Assembly: GCA_040388335.1 (NCBI GenBank) | Contig: JAZKCB010000031.1 | Span: 7,076 to 71,075, forward strand | Source: Pseudomonadota bacterium | GTDB lineage: Bacteria > Pseudomonadota > Gammaproteobacteria > Burkholderiales > Burkholderiaceae_C | Reading direction: 5' to 3' | DNA length: 64,000 bases | Part shown: piece after piece, positions 9,144-18,319 of the stretch | Numbering within the stretch: the first letter of the stretch is position 1 | Layout: each line of letters begins with the position of its first letter | Made by a program: the position numbers and the translations under genes | The notes under the pieces: model-generated | The model's input: the letters and a program-made list of their open reading frames with translations, nothing else | Told to the model about the DNA's origin: nothing | Databases searched by the model: none

Positions 9144-11582
9144 ATGACCCCTACCATCCTGCTGATCGAAGACAACGAGCAAAACCGCTACCTCGCGACC
9201 TTCCTGCTGGAACGGCATGGATACCGGGTCGAGTCCGCGCCCGACGGCCTGCGCGGCATCGAGCTGGCCCAAAGCCTGGCGCCAGCGATCATCCTGCTGG
9301 ACATCCAGTTGCCCAACATGGACGGTTATGCCGTGGCACGCGCGCTGCGCAACATCCCCGCCCTGGACAGCACGCCCATCATCGCCGTCACCTCCTACGC
9401 CATGCTGGGCGACCGGGAAAAATGCCTGGCTGCGGGCTGCACCGGTTATATCGAAAAGCCGGTCAATCCCGATACCTTTGTAACGGAAATCGGGCGTATC
9501 GCCGCATCCTTCCTGCCCACCCCGACCGGCGGCACGACGCGGGTGCTCATCGTCGACGACAAAGAAGAAAACCTCTACTACCTGCAGACCCTGCTGACCG
9601 CACACGGCTGTATGGTGGACACCGCACGCCATGGTGCAGAGGCCCTGAACAAGGCGCGGCGCAGTCCACCCGACCTGGTGATTTCCGACCTGCTGATGCC
9701 GGTCATGGACGGCTACACCCTGCTACGGCACTGGAAGGCCGACGCGCGGCTCAGACAGATCCCTTTCATCGTCTACACAGCCACCTACACCGAGGCAGCC
9801 GATGAACGCCTGGCACGGGACCTCGGCGCCGATGCCTTCATCCTCAAACCGGCAGAGCCGGAAGACTTTCTCGCACGGTTGCGCCAGGTGCAGGCGAGTG
9901 TATCGATCGCCGGCCCGCTCAGCACCAGCCAGCCCGGTGAAGACGAATCCGCCCTGCTCAAGGTGTACAGCGAAACCCTGATTCGCAAGCTGGAAGAAAA
10001 GTCGCTGCAGCTGGAAGAAGCCAACAGGGCGCTGCGCCACGATGTTGCCGAACGGCGGCTGGCAGAAGAAAAATTGCGCCACAGCGAGGCCCTGCTCGCC
10101 ATTGCCAGCCGCCTCGGCCGCATGGGCGCATGGGCGCTCAACCTGCCGTCGCGCGAACTGATATGGTCGGCCGAGGTAGGGGCCATTCATGACGTGGCCG
10201 CGGGCTTTGTGCCCACCGTCGAAAACAGCATTGAGTTTTACACGCCGGAGTCCCGCCCGCTGATTGCGCAGGCCGTGCGGGACTGCATGCAGCAGGGCAC
10301 ACCTTTTGACCTGATGCTGCAGATCGTCACGGCAAAGGGCAGGCCGGTCTGGGTGCGCTCCATTGGCGAGGCAGCGCAGGGCGCAGGCGGCGACATCCTG
10401 CGTGTGCAGGGTGCGATCCAGGACATCACCGAGCGAAAGCTGCTGGAAGAACAGGTGCGGCATGCCCAGAAAATGGAAGCCATCGGCACGCTGGCCAGCG
10501 GCATTGCGCACGACTTCAACAACATCATTGCGGTCATCCAGGGCAACACGCACAGGGCACTGGCCTACATGCCTGTGGAACACCCCTCACACAAGAGCCT
10601 GGATGAAATCAGGAAGGCCACGGATCACGCGCGAAACCTGGTGCGCCAGATTTTGACGTTCAGCCGGCAACAGCACCCGGAGCGCAGGGCCATTGCCCTG
10701 GAGCCGGCCATCAAGGAGGCGCTGAACCTCCTGCGCCCCACCTTTCCGCCGGAAATTGAACTCGTCCAGACAGTGGCGGAGAACCTGCCGCTGGTCAAGG
10801 CCGATCCCACGCAGCTTCACCAGGTGCTGTTCAATCTGTGCACCAACGGCTGGCATGCCATCGGCAAGAGGCCGGGCCGCATTGAAATCCGGGCCGAGCC
10901 AGAGGCTGCCCCGGCGACTGCGCAGGGCGAGCCGGCGCGGCGTGTGCACCTGTCCGTGAGCGATACCGGTAGCGGCATGGATGAAGCCACGCTCGAACGG
11001 GTGTTCGATCCCTTCTTCACCACCAAGGAACCGGGGCAGGGCACGGGCCTGGGGCTGTCGATGGTGAACGGCATCGTGCGCGACCATGAAGGCACGATCC
11101 GGGTGACGAGCCAGCCCGGCCAGGGCACGACCTTTCACATCTACCTGCCTGCCTGCGAGGACGCGACACCCGAGCCGCCCGACACCGCTGCGGCCGAGAT
11201 ACAGCGCGGCCACGGCCAGCACATCCTCTACCTGGACGACAACGAAGCGCTGGTGGAACTGTGTACCCACGTGTTTGAAGACCTCGGTTACCGCGTCACG
11301 GGCTTTACCAATGCCACCGCCTGTATCACGGCTTTCCGTGCGGAACCGATGGCCTATGACGTGCTGATCACCGACCTCAACATGCCCGGCCTGTCAGGGC
11401 TGGACGTGGCCAAGCAGTTGCTGGTCGTGCGGCCGGAGCTCCGCGTGATTCTGGTGTCGGGTTACATCGATGAAGAACTGGCAGAGACGGCGCGGGGCGT
11501 GGGCATCACGCATGTGGTGGACAAGACCAGCAGCATGGAGATCATGGCGCAGACGATTCATGCGCGGCTCGGCGTGCCCTGA
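9144..11582 (+). CDS. Hybrid histidine kinase, REC-REC-PAS-HisKA-HATPase-REC
   Basis: Three receivers (LLDIQLP, ISDLLMP, ITDLNMP), H-box GIAHDFNN, PFFTTK, GTGLGL. Confidence 0.9.
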   Translation: MTPTILLIEDNEQNRYLATFLLERHGYRVESAPDGLRGIELAQSLAPAIILLDIQLPNMDGYAVARALRNIPALDSTPIIAVTSYAMLGDREKCLAAGCTGYIEKPVNPDTFVTEIGRIAASFLPTPTGGTTRVLIVDDKEENLYYLQTLLTAHGCMVDTARHGAEALNKARRSPPDLVISDLLMPVMDGYTLLRHWKADARLRQIPFIVYTATYTEAADERLARDLGADAFILKPAEPEDFLARLRQVQASVSIAGPLSTSQPGEDESALLKVYSETLIRKLEEKSLQLEEANRALRHDVAERRLAEEKLRHSEALLAIASRLGRMGAWALNLPSRELIWSAEVGAIHDVAAGFVPTVENSIEFYTPESRPLIAQAVRDCMQQGTPFDLMLQIVTAKGRPVWVRSIGEAAQGAGGDILRVQGAIQDITERKLLEEQVRHAQKMEAIGTLASGIAHDFNNIIAVIQGNTHRALAYMPVEHPSHKSLDEIRKATDHARNLVRQILTFSRQQHPERRAIALEPAIKEALNLLRPTFPPEIELVQTVAENLPLVKADPTQLHQVLFNLCTNGWHAIGKRPGRIEIRAEPEAAPATAQGEPARRVHLSVSDTGSGMDEATLERVFDPFFTTKEPGQGTGLGLSMVNGIVRDHEGTIRVTSQPGQGTTFHIYLPACEDATPEPPDTAAAEIQRGHGQHILYLDDNEALVELCTHVFEDLGYRVTGFTNATACITAFRAEPMAYDVLITDLNMPGLSGLDVAKQLLVVRPELRVILVSGYIDEELAETARGVGITHVVDKTSSMEIMAQTIHARLGVP

Positions 11583-11643
11583 ACGGCGTTCAAGGCCGGA
11601 GCGTCAGGCTGCGCCCGAAGCGCTTTGCCAAGTCCCGGATCAG

Positions 11644-11821
11644 AATTTTTAACGTATACGGCAAAAATTTAACGTGTACGTTAAAAATTGGCATTTCAGG
11701 CGATTCCAACCCGCTTGAGGCGCCGAAAATGCCCAAAAACGCCTCAAAAATGCCATTTTCAGGCATCAAATAGGCCTTCAGACCAATAAATACTTGCGTC
11801 AGCAGCTACTAAATCGATAGC
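11644..11821 (+). repeat. Dispersed intergenic element copy 1 (AT-rich palindrome plus ~90-bp conserved end)
   Basis: 17-bp inverted repeat 11644-11689 with 1 mismatch; end ...CCAATAAATACTTGCGTCAGCAGCTACTAAATCGATAGC aligns with four other copies. Confidence 0.85.
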
Positions 11822-11854
11822 AACTTTCCGCCCTTCCCGCCCTTTCGGCCCTGA

Positions 11855-12490
11855 TCAGGCCGCCGCAGGCATCACCGGTACGGCCTTGTCCACCGGGATG
11901 GAGGTATCCGGACGCTCATAGGTGCCGATCAGCAGCCCGCTGGCGACGGCGCGTTCGCGGATGGCGTACATCAGCGCGTCGCGGCCGGGTGTGTCGCCGA
12001 ATGCTTCGCCGACGCCCACGGCGCCCAGCGCGAACACCTGGAAGGCATAACGGTGCGGGCCGTGGCCGGGGGGTGGGTCGGGTGGCAGCCAGCCGGCCAT
12101 CAGATACGAGTTGCGGCCTTCATGCACGTCCTGGCCTTCATGGTCGGGGCTCTTCATTGCACCCTCCGGCAGGCCGCCGTCGGCAGCCGGCAGATCGACC
12201 ACGATGGCGTGCACCAGCGGTCTCGGTGTGGGTGCGTCGGCGTCTTCAACAATCAGGACCACGGTGTCAGTGCCGGCCGGCACACCCGACCACTGCAGCG
12301 GCGGCGACAGGCCTTCGCCATCGGCCGTGTAGCGCGCCGGGATGGGTGCATGGTCGGCAAACGCCAGGCTGGTGACGCTGATGGCCGCCAGGCCGGTGCG
12401 CAGGCGGGAGTTATTGAAAACAAGCTCGTCCATGCCGGCACGCACATCGCGCAGGGCATGGCCAAGGGCATCGGGAAGGTTTTCAAGCAT
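11855..12490 (-). CDS. YbhB/YbcL (PEBP, Raf kinase inhibitor-like) protein
   Basis: SPPLQW, IVEDADAP, PPPGHGPHRYAFQVFAL. Confidence 0.85.
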   Translation of the reverse strand: MLENLPDALGHALRDVRAGMDELVFNNSRLRTGLAAISVTSLAFADHAPIPARYTADGEGLSPPLQWSGVPAGTDTVVLIVEDADAPTPRPLVHAIVVDLPAADGGLPEGAMKSPDHEGQDVHEGRNSYLMAGWLPPDPPPGHGPHRYAFQVFALGAVGVGEAFGDTPGRDALMYAIRERAVASGLLIGTYERPDTSIPVDKAVPVMPAAA

Positions 12491-12612
12491 GGCGCATCAA
12501 CTCCTGTGGTGAGAAGCTTGAAGTTAACCGCAGCCGTGCCGACCAGCTGTAGGAAAAACCACCTTCACGAAAGCAGCCAGGCGACAGCGCGCGCTGGCCT
12601 TCTGCCTGGGGG

Positions 12613-13020
12613 TCATTTCCTGTGCTTGAGGCTGTCATGCCGGCGCTTTTCTTCGTGCCGGATTTTCTCCATCATTCTGGCGTCGGGGTCCTGCCATTTA
12701 CCGCCCGCCTCGCGCGACATGAAGGCCACGGCGCCTGCAAACTCTTCAAGCGACAGGTCGGCGCGGCCACCTTTGGGCGGCATGCCGCGCACACCGACCC
12801 AGGCATGGGCGGTCAGCACGGGCTGGCCTTCGGCAATCAGCGGCTTCCAGGCTTTGCGGTCACCAAACTTCGGCGCATTGGCCACACCGCTGCCGTGGCA
12901 GGCGACGCAGGTCTGTTGGTAGACCTGTTCACCGCCCTGAAGGGTTTGTGCGCCCGCTGTCTGAAGCTGGGTCAGCGCAAACGCCACAAAGGGAATGGAA
13001 GCAAGTGGAGCGGGGCTCAT
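12613..13020 (-). CDS. Cytochrome c5-family protein
   Basis: CVACH heme motif, APKFGD..AW, MPPKGG. Confidence 0.85.
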   Translation of the reverse strand: MSPAPLASIPFVAFALTQLQTAGAQTLQGGEQVYQQTCVACHGSGVANAPKFGDRKAWKPLIAEGQPVLTAHAWVGVRGMPPKGGRADLSLEEFAGAVAFMSREAGGKWQDPDARMMEKIRHEEKRRHDSLKHRK

Positions 13021-13049
13021 GGTTATGGATTACCTTCAAAAAATCTTTT

Positions 13050-14414
13050 TTATGGCGTGGCAGCCAGCGGCCACTGCAGCTTCACGGCCAGCCCACCCAG
13101 TTCGGCCGATCGGCTCACACGGACCTCGGCGCCGGACACCAGCGCGATTCTTTTCACAATCGACCACCCCAGGCCGCTGCCCGGCTGGTCGTTGCCGGGC
13201 ACGCGGTAAAAGCGCTCGCCCAGGCGGCTCATGGCCGCGTCATCCAGGCCAGGGCCGCTGTCTTCAACGCCCAGCAACAGCCGCCCGCCTTCAGGGGCCA
13301 CACGCACGCGAACCAGCCCGTGCGCCGGGCTGTAGCGAATGGCGTTGTCCATCAGATTGCGTACCAGCACACCCATCAACACCTCGTCGCCCGCCATCAG
13401 GCAGCCGGCGCTGGCATCCAGCTCCAGGTGCTGTTGGCGGGACAGCGCGGCGGGTGCCATATCAGCCATCACACCGCGTACCAGGGCCGCCATGTCGATC
13501 GCTTCCGCATGCGCCGCAGGTGCGGCCTCTACACGGGCCAGGGTCAGGAGCTGCTCCACCAGACGGGTGGCGCGGTCACAGCCATCGAGCGTGAACTGCA
13601 GCGCATGCTCCCGCTGCACGATATCAGTCCCGGCGCCGAGCGCGACCTGGGCCTGGGCACGAATGGCGGCGATGGGTGTGCGCAACTCATGCGCGGCATC
13701 GGCGGTGAAGCGGCGCTCGGATTCCATCATGCGGGCCACGCGGGCAAAAAGCGCATTGAGTGCCTTGACGGGCGCCTGCATTTCAGAAGGCATGTCGGCC
13801 AGCACGACGGGTTCGAGGTCACTGGCCTGCCTGGCGTGAAGGGCGCGGCCCAGTTGCTGGAGGGGCACCAGGCCGCGGCGCACCGCCCACCACACGGCCA
13901 GTGCCAGCAGGGGCAAGGCGACCAGCAGCGGCCAGAGAACGCTGCGCAGAACGGCACGCAGGACTTCATCGCGCGCGGCGAGCTGCTCGCCGACATACAC
14001 CTGCACATCGTTTTGCGCACCTTTGGCGCCGAAGACGCGCCAGTCCTGACCGTCCGCGAGGCTGACGGTGGCAATACCGGCGCTCACCGGCGACATGGGT
14101 GTGGCCTGCGTGCTGGCAGAACGCATGACCAGTTGCCCTTCGTGAAAAACCTGAAACGCCACGCGCGGCGCGTATCTGTGCAGCGACGGCGCATCAGCGA
14201 CACCCTCGTCGTCACTCCCCGCCGCAGCGGCCTGCTGCAGCACCAGCAATGCGGCGGCCTGCGCCAGGTGGCCGTCGAGCAGTTCATCAAGCTCATGGCG
14301 GGCGTCATACCAGGTCAGGCCCGCCGCAACCACCCACAGGGCGGACACCATGCCGAGCACCAGCAGCAGCAGTCTGCGCTGAAGCGACCACTGGCGCGGT
14401 ACAGCGGGCGTCAT
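13050..14414 (-). CDS. QseC/PmrB-like sensor histidine kinase
   Basis: SLQRRL, RRFTADAAHELRTP, NAIRY, GSGLG. Confidence 0.9.
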   Translation of the reverse strand: MTPAVPRQWSLQRRLLLLVLGMVSALWVVAAGLTWYDARHELDELLDGHLAQAAALLVLQQAAAAGSDDEGVADAPSLHRYAPRVAFQVFHEGQLVMRSASTQATPMSPVSAGIATVSLADGQDWRVFGAKGAQNDVQVYVGEQLAARDEVLRAVLRSVLWPLLVALPLLALAVWWAVRRGLVPLQQLGRALHARQASDLEPVVLADMPSEMQAPVKALNALFARVARMMESERRFTADAAHELRTPIAAIRAQAQVALGAGTDIVQREHALQFTLDGCDRATRLVEQLLTLARVEAAPAAHAEAIDMAALVRGVMADMAPAALSRQQHLELDASAGCLMAGDEVLMGVLVRNLMDNAIRYSPAHGLVRVRVAPEGGRLLLGVEDSGPGLDDAAMSRLGERFYRVPGNDQPGSGLGWSIVKRIALVSGAEVRVSRSAELGGLAVKLQWPLAATP

Positions 14415-15079
14415 GCGCCAGGCGCCTTCGGCATGATGTAGCCGACGCCGCGCACGGTCTGTATCAAACCCGCGTGCAGCTTGCGGCGCAGGTGGTGGAT
14501 GTGTACCTCGATGGCATTGCTGTCGACTTCATACCCCCAGCTGTAGAGCTGCTGCTCCAGCTGCTCACGCGACATCACACGCCCGGGGTGGAGCATCAGC
14601 GCATGCAGCAGGTCGAACTCGCGCAGCGACAGCGTCACCGCCGCACCGTCGTGCAGAACCTGCCGCGCCGAAGGGTCCAGCGACACGCCGCCGCAATGCA
14701 GAACGCCCTGCGACTGGCCACCGGCACGGCGCACCAGCGAGCGCAGGCGCGCGGCCAGCTCGTGCAGATCCACCGGTTTGACGACGTAATCGTCTGCGCC
14801 CAGGTTCAGGCCATTGATGCGGTCTGGCACGGCATCACGCGCCGTCAGCACCAGCACCGGTGTGTTGATGTTGCGGGCCCGCGTGGCGCGCAGCACATCC
14901 ATGCCGTCCTTCAGCGGCAGGCCGAGGTCAAGCACGGCGGCCGCATAGGCGCCGCCAGCCAGCTCGCGCGTTGCGGCCACGCCGTCACGCACCCAGTCGA
15001 CCTGAAAGCCGAGCTGGCGAAGGCCCGCCTGCAGGCCGTCGCCAAGAAGGGGGTCGTCTTCAGCAAGAAGTACGCGCAT
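14411..15079 (-). CDS. QseB/PmrA-like response regulator
   Basis: VLDLGLP, GADDY, SNAIEVHIHHLRRKL; 4-bp overlap with kinase. Confidence 0.9.
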   Translation of the reverse strand: MRVLLAEDDPLLGDGLQAGLRQLGFQVDWVRDGVAATRELAGGAYAAAVLDLGLPLKDGMDVLRATRARNINTPVLVLTARDAVPDRINGLNLGADDYVVKPVDLHELAARLRSLVRRAGGQSQGVLHCGGVSLDPSARQVLHDGAAVTLSLREFDLLHALMLHPGRVMSREQLEQQLYSWGYEVDSNAIEVHIHHLRRKLHAGLIQTVRGVGYIMPKAPGA

Positions 15080-15170
15080 GGTGTGCCGATGTCAGTCCGT
15101 CTTTTTTTGAAGTGGGCTGGGGAAGCGAATGTCTGCTGCCCTGCCGTGTCTTGTATTGTGCGGCCTGCGT

Positions 15171-15863
15171 TCAAACGGCACCGCGCCACTGCAGCCACCA
15201 GAAACCCATGACCGCCATCAGCAGGATGACAGCCAGCACAGTCCAGCTGCGGGCAATAGCCTGATGTACTGCACCTTCTTTTTGGCCATCCAGCATGGAA
15301 CGCACCAGGTTTTCATGGTGCAGCCAGCTGGCAAGCGCCACCCCCGCCACGTGTACACACACCACCGCCAGCATGAAGGTTGCCGCGCCCTCATGCAGCT
15401 CCTCTATCCAGTTGCCACTGATGTCGTTGTAATTCGCCCACCCGGTGGCCACAATGACCACGCTGGCGAGCAGCATCAACACAATCGCCACCGCACCGGC
15501 AGGGTTGTGGCCCACATGGTGTTCAGGCGGCGCACTGTGCACTGTGCCGATCTGCTGCCTGACGGTTTCAGCGCGCGGCATCAAGACCAGGCCGGCCAGC
15601 CGCAGCATGTGCTGCAGGTAGCCCTTGATGGCTGCCGGGCCACGCACAAACTCGGCAAAGCGCGCGTAACGCGTGCCCACCAGCCCCCAAACCACGCGAA
15701 ACGCCACCAGGCCACCCAGGGTGTAGCCCAGCGTGACGTGAATGAGCCGCCAGCGCTCGCTCTCAGCCGTCAGGTAGGCACCGGCGAAGCTCAGCACCAT
15801 GAGCCAGTGAAAAACGCGTACCGGTGCATCCCACACCAGGATTTTTTTATCTGTATTGGCCAT
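15171..15863 (-). CDS. Cytochrome b/b6 (Ni-hydrogenase cyt b-like) membrane protein
   Basis: VWDAPVRVFHW, GHNPAG, conserved His residues; start trimmed to ATG 15863. Confidence 0.85.
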   Translation of the reverse strand: MANTDKKILVWDAPVRVFHWLMVLSFAGAYLTAESERWRLIHVTLGYTLGGLVAFRVVWGLVGTRYARFAEFVRGPAAIKGYLQHMLRLAGLVLMPRAETVRQQIGTVHSAPPEHHVGHNPAGAVAIVLMLLASVVIVATGWANYNDISGNWIEELHEGAATFMLAVVCVHVAGVALASWLHHENLVRSMLDGQKEGAVHQAIARSWTVLAVILLMAVMGFWWLQWRGAV

Positions 15864-15867
15864 GCTG

Positions 15868-16344
15868 TTACTTCGGTATGCGGATGTCGCGCTCATTGAA
15901 ATTGCCCTGCGCCGCGCCGCTGTGGCAGGCCACGCAATTGGAGGCACTGCCCACGGAGGCACGCTTCCAGACCTCGGGGGCGACCTCGCGCGCGTTGTGC
16001 TTGCGCAGGAACCAGGCTGACTGGGTGATGCGGTCCTGGGGCGGCTCTTCGCTCACGCGTTTGTAGGTGCCGGCGTTCGCCCCCAGCCAGTTGCTGATCT
16101 CGCGCACGCTGGCTTCGTCCATTGATGCATCGGTGCCGTAGTGTTTGTTGAGCCCACCCATCAGGCGTTTCCAGGAACCCGCAGGCAGCATGCCCGCCGG
16201 GTAAGGTGTGTGGCAGGCCGCGCACTCCTGTTTGTATTTGGGCAGCAGCGGGACTGTATGGGCCGGGCCATCGGCCAGAGCCAGGCCGGCGAAGATGGCA
16301 AGGCCCGTGAAGAGACCGGCAAGAAGGAATCGTGAGCGCGACAT
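15868..16344 (-). CDS. Diheme cytochrome c (DHC)
   Basis: Signal peptide, CAACH and CVACH, LPAGSW...HYGTDA, RITQSAWF. Confidence 0.9.
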   Translation of the reverse strand: MSRSRFLLAGLFTGLAIFAGLALADGPAHTVPLLPKYKQECAACHTPYPAGMLPAGSWKRLMGGLNKHYGTDASMDEASVREISNWLGANAGTYKRVSEEPPQDRITQSAWFLRKHNAREVAPEVWKRASVGSASNCVACHSGAAQGNFNERDIRIPK

Positions 16345-16371
16345 GGCTGGCTTTCGGTGGGTGGGTGAAGA

Positions 16372-16773
16372 TCAGCGCTTGAGCGTGAGCAGCCAGGCCA
16401 GCACATCGGCCTTTTCAGCCGCGGTGCATTCACGGCCCATCACGTCATTGCAGTTGCGCCTGAACCATTTGTCGGATTTGGCGGTGTCAGTAAAGCGCTC
16501 GGGGTTAAAGGCAGGGGCCATCGGCCCTATGGTTTTGCCGGTGCTGGCATGTTTGCCGTCAACCGTGGGCACACCCGTGTGGCATGAAGCGCAGCTCCAT
16601 TCCTTGCCATGTTTGGCGTTGAAGAGCTGCTGGCCTCGCGCCGCCTGCGCGGGCGCACCCGCCTGTGCGGTGTAGGCAGCGAGCTGCTCTGCCGGCGTGA
16701 TGGCGTGGGCGAGCGAACCAAGGGCTGCGCTGGTGAGCACGAGCGCGCGGAAAATTGAAGTCGAAATGTGCAT
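16372..16773 (-). CDS. SHP-like monoheme cytochrome c (DUF1924)
   Basis: CASCH, ERFTD.AK..KWFRRNCNDV.GRECT; GGAGG SD before ATG 16773. Confidence 0.85.
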   Translation of the reverse strand: MHISTSIFRALVLTSAALGSLAHAITPAEQLAAYTAQAGAPAQAARGQQLFNAKHGKEWSCASCHTGVPTVDGKHASTGKTIGPMAPAFNPERFTDTAKSDKWFRRNCNDVMGRECTAAEKADVLAWLLTLKR

Positions 16774-16809
16774 GGCACCTCCATGGATAGCCATGGTAGG
16801 TAGCGCAAA

Positions 16810-16825
16810 TTAAGGCTTTCTTAAC
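16810..16825. promoter_or_regulatory. Candidate QseB/PmrA-type box TTAAG-N6-TTAAC
   Basis: TTAAG-GCTTTC-TTAAC ~40 bp upstream of the cytochrome operon that encodes a QseB-like regulator. Confidence 0.55.
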
Positions 16826-16852
16826 AGCCCGGGGCAGGGCAGTTCGGGCGAA

Positions 16853-18241
16853 TCAGTTCAGGCTGCGAACGACTTCAAGCGCCTGCTCGATGCGTTCGAC
16901 GGCGTGAATCGTCAGGCCTTCAAAAGCCTTGTCGTTCTTTTTGGGCGCGTTGGCCTTGGGCACGATGGCAACACTGAAACCCAGCTTGGCGGCCTCCTTC
17001 AGCCGCTCCTGGCCGCGCGGTGCGGGGCGCACCTCACCGGCCAGGCCGACTTCACCGAATGCGATAAAACCCTTGGGCAGCGGCCTGCCGCGCAGGCTGG
17101 AAGTAATCGCCAGCATCACGGCGAGGTCGGCCGCGGGTTCGCTGATGCGCACGCCGCCCACCGCGTTCACAAACACATCCTGGTCCATGCAGGCGACTCC
17201 GGCGTGGCGATGCAGCACGGCCAAGAGCATGGCCAGGCGGTCGCGGTCCAGGCCGACGGAAAGCCTGCGCGGACTGGGCCCACCGTTGTCAACCAGCGCC
17301 TGGATTTCAACCAGCATGGGGCGCGTGCCTTCCAGCGTGACCATCACGCAGCTGCCGGGCACGGGTTCGGTGTGCTGGCTCAGAAAAATCGCGCTCGGGT
17401 TGCTCACGCCCTTGAGGCCTTTTTCGGTCATGGCAAAAACGCCGATCTCGTTGACCGCGCCAAAGCGGTTCTTGATGGCGCGCACCAGGCGAAAGCTGGA
17501 ATGGGTATCGCCTTCAAAGTACAGCACGGTATCGACCATATGCTCAAGAACACGTGGGCCGGCAAGGGCGCCCTCTTTGGTCACGTGGCCAACCAGCACG
17601 ATGCAGACGCCGCTGGCCTTGGCGGCGCGCGTGAGGTGCGCAGCGCATTCACGCACCTGCGCCACCGAGCCCGGCGCAGAGGTGAGCTGGTCGGAGTACA
17701 CCGTCTGTATGGAGTCAATGACGGCAATCATGGGCTGCGTCGCTTCGAGCGTCGCGAGGATTTTTTCAAGCTGGATTTCGGCCAGCACCTTGACCTGTGA
17801 GCCCTCGAGCCCCAGGCGACGAGAGCGCAGGGCGATCTGCGCGCCGCTCTCCTCGCCCGTGACGTAAAGGGTGTTATGGCCGGCGCGCTGCAGCGAATCC
17901 AGCGCCTGCAGCAACAGTGTCGATTTGCCGATGCCGGGGTCGCCGCCAATCAGCACGACGCCGCCTTCCACAATGCCGCCGCCCAGCACGCGGTCGAGTT
18001 CTTCATGCCCGGTCGGGGTACGCTCCATGTCGGTCGCGTCAATATCTGCCAGCGCGGTAAGCTCGGACGCCTTGGCCAGGCCCTGGTGCTGGTTGCTGTA
18101 GCGGTTTTTGACACCGGAGGTGTTTTCAGCGACCGACTCGATCAGCGTGTTCCAGGCATTGCAGTGCGGGCACTTGCCCAGCCACTTGGGGCTGATGCCG
18201 CCACACTCGGTGCAGGTATAAATAGTTTTGTCTTTCGCCAT
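16853..18241 (-). CDS. radA: DNA repair protein RadA/Sms
   Basis: C4 zinc finger CTECG...CPHC, GDPGIGKST, KNRFG, Lon-like C-terminus. Confidence 0.97.
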   Translation of the reverse strand: MAKDKTIYTCTECGGISPKWLGKCPHCNAWNTLIESVAENTSGVKNRYSNQHQGLAKASELTALADIDATDMERTPTGHEELDRVLGGGIVEGGVVLIGGDPGIGKSTLLLQALDSLQRAGHNTLYVTGEESGAQIALRSRRLGLEGSQVKVLAEIQLEKILATLEATQPMIAVIDSIQTVYSDQLTSAPGSVAQVRECAAHLTRAAKASGVCIVLVGHVTKEGALAGPRVLEHMVDTVLYFEGDTHSSFRLVRAIKNRFGAVNEIGVFAMTEKGLKGVSNPSAIFLSQHTEPVPGSCVMVTLEGTRPMLVEIQALVDNGGPSPRRLSVGLDRDRLAMLLAVLHRHAGVACMDQDVFVNAVGGVRISEPAADLAVMLAITSSLRGRPLPKGFIAFGEVGLAGEVRPAPRGQERLKEAAKLGFSVAIVPKANAPKKNDKAFEGLTIHAVERIEQALEVVRSLN

Positions 18242-18262
18242 GCGGGTAATGTTACCGCACGG

Positions 18263-18278
18263 CTGTATAAATAAACAG
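18263..18278. promoter_or_regulatory. LexA (SOS) box
   Basis: CTGTATAAATAAACAG matches CTGT-N8-ACAG with AT-rich core, ~21 bp upstream of radA ATG. Confidence 0.75.
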
Positions 18279-18319
18279 TGTTTCTTCTTTGGCTCAGCCG
18301 CTTCTCACCAGGATAAACA

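Noticed and set aside
12948-14441. 497-aa + strand ORF and similar long antisense ORFs (24633-26033, 29109-30491, 48103-49221)
   Set aside because: Shadow frames opposite well-supported genes in GC-rich DNA, with no recognisable motifs.
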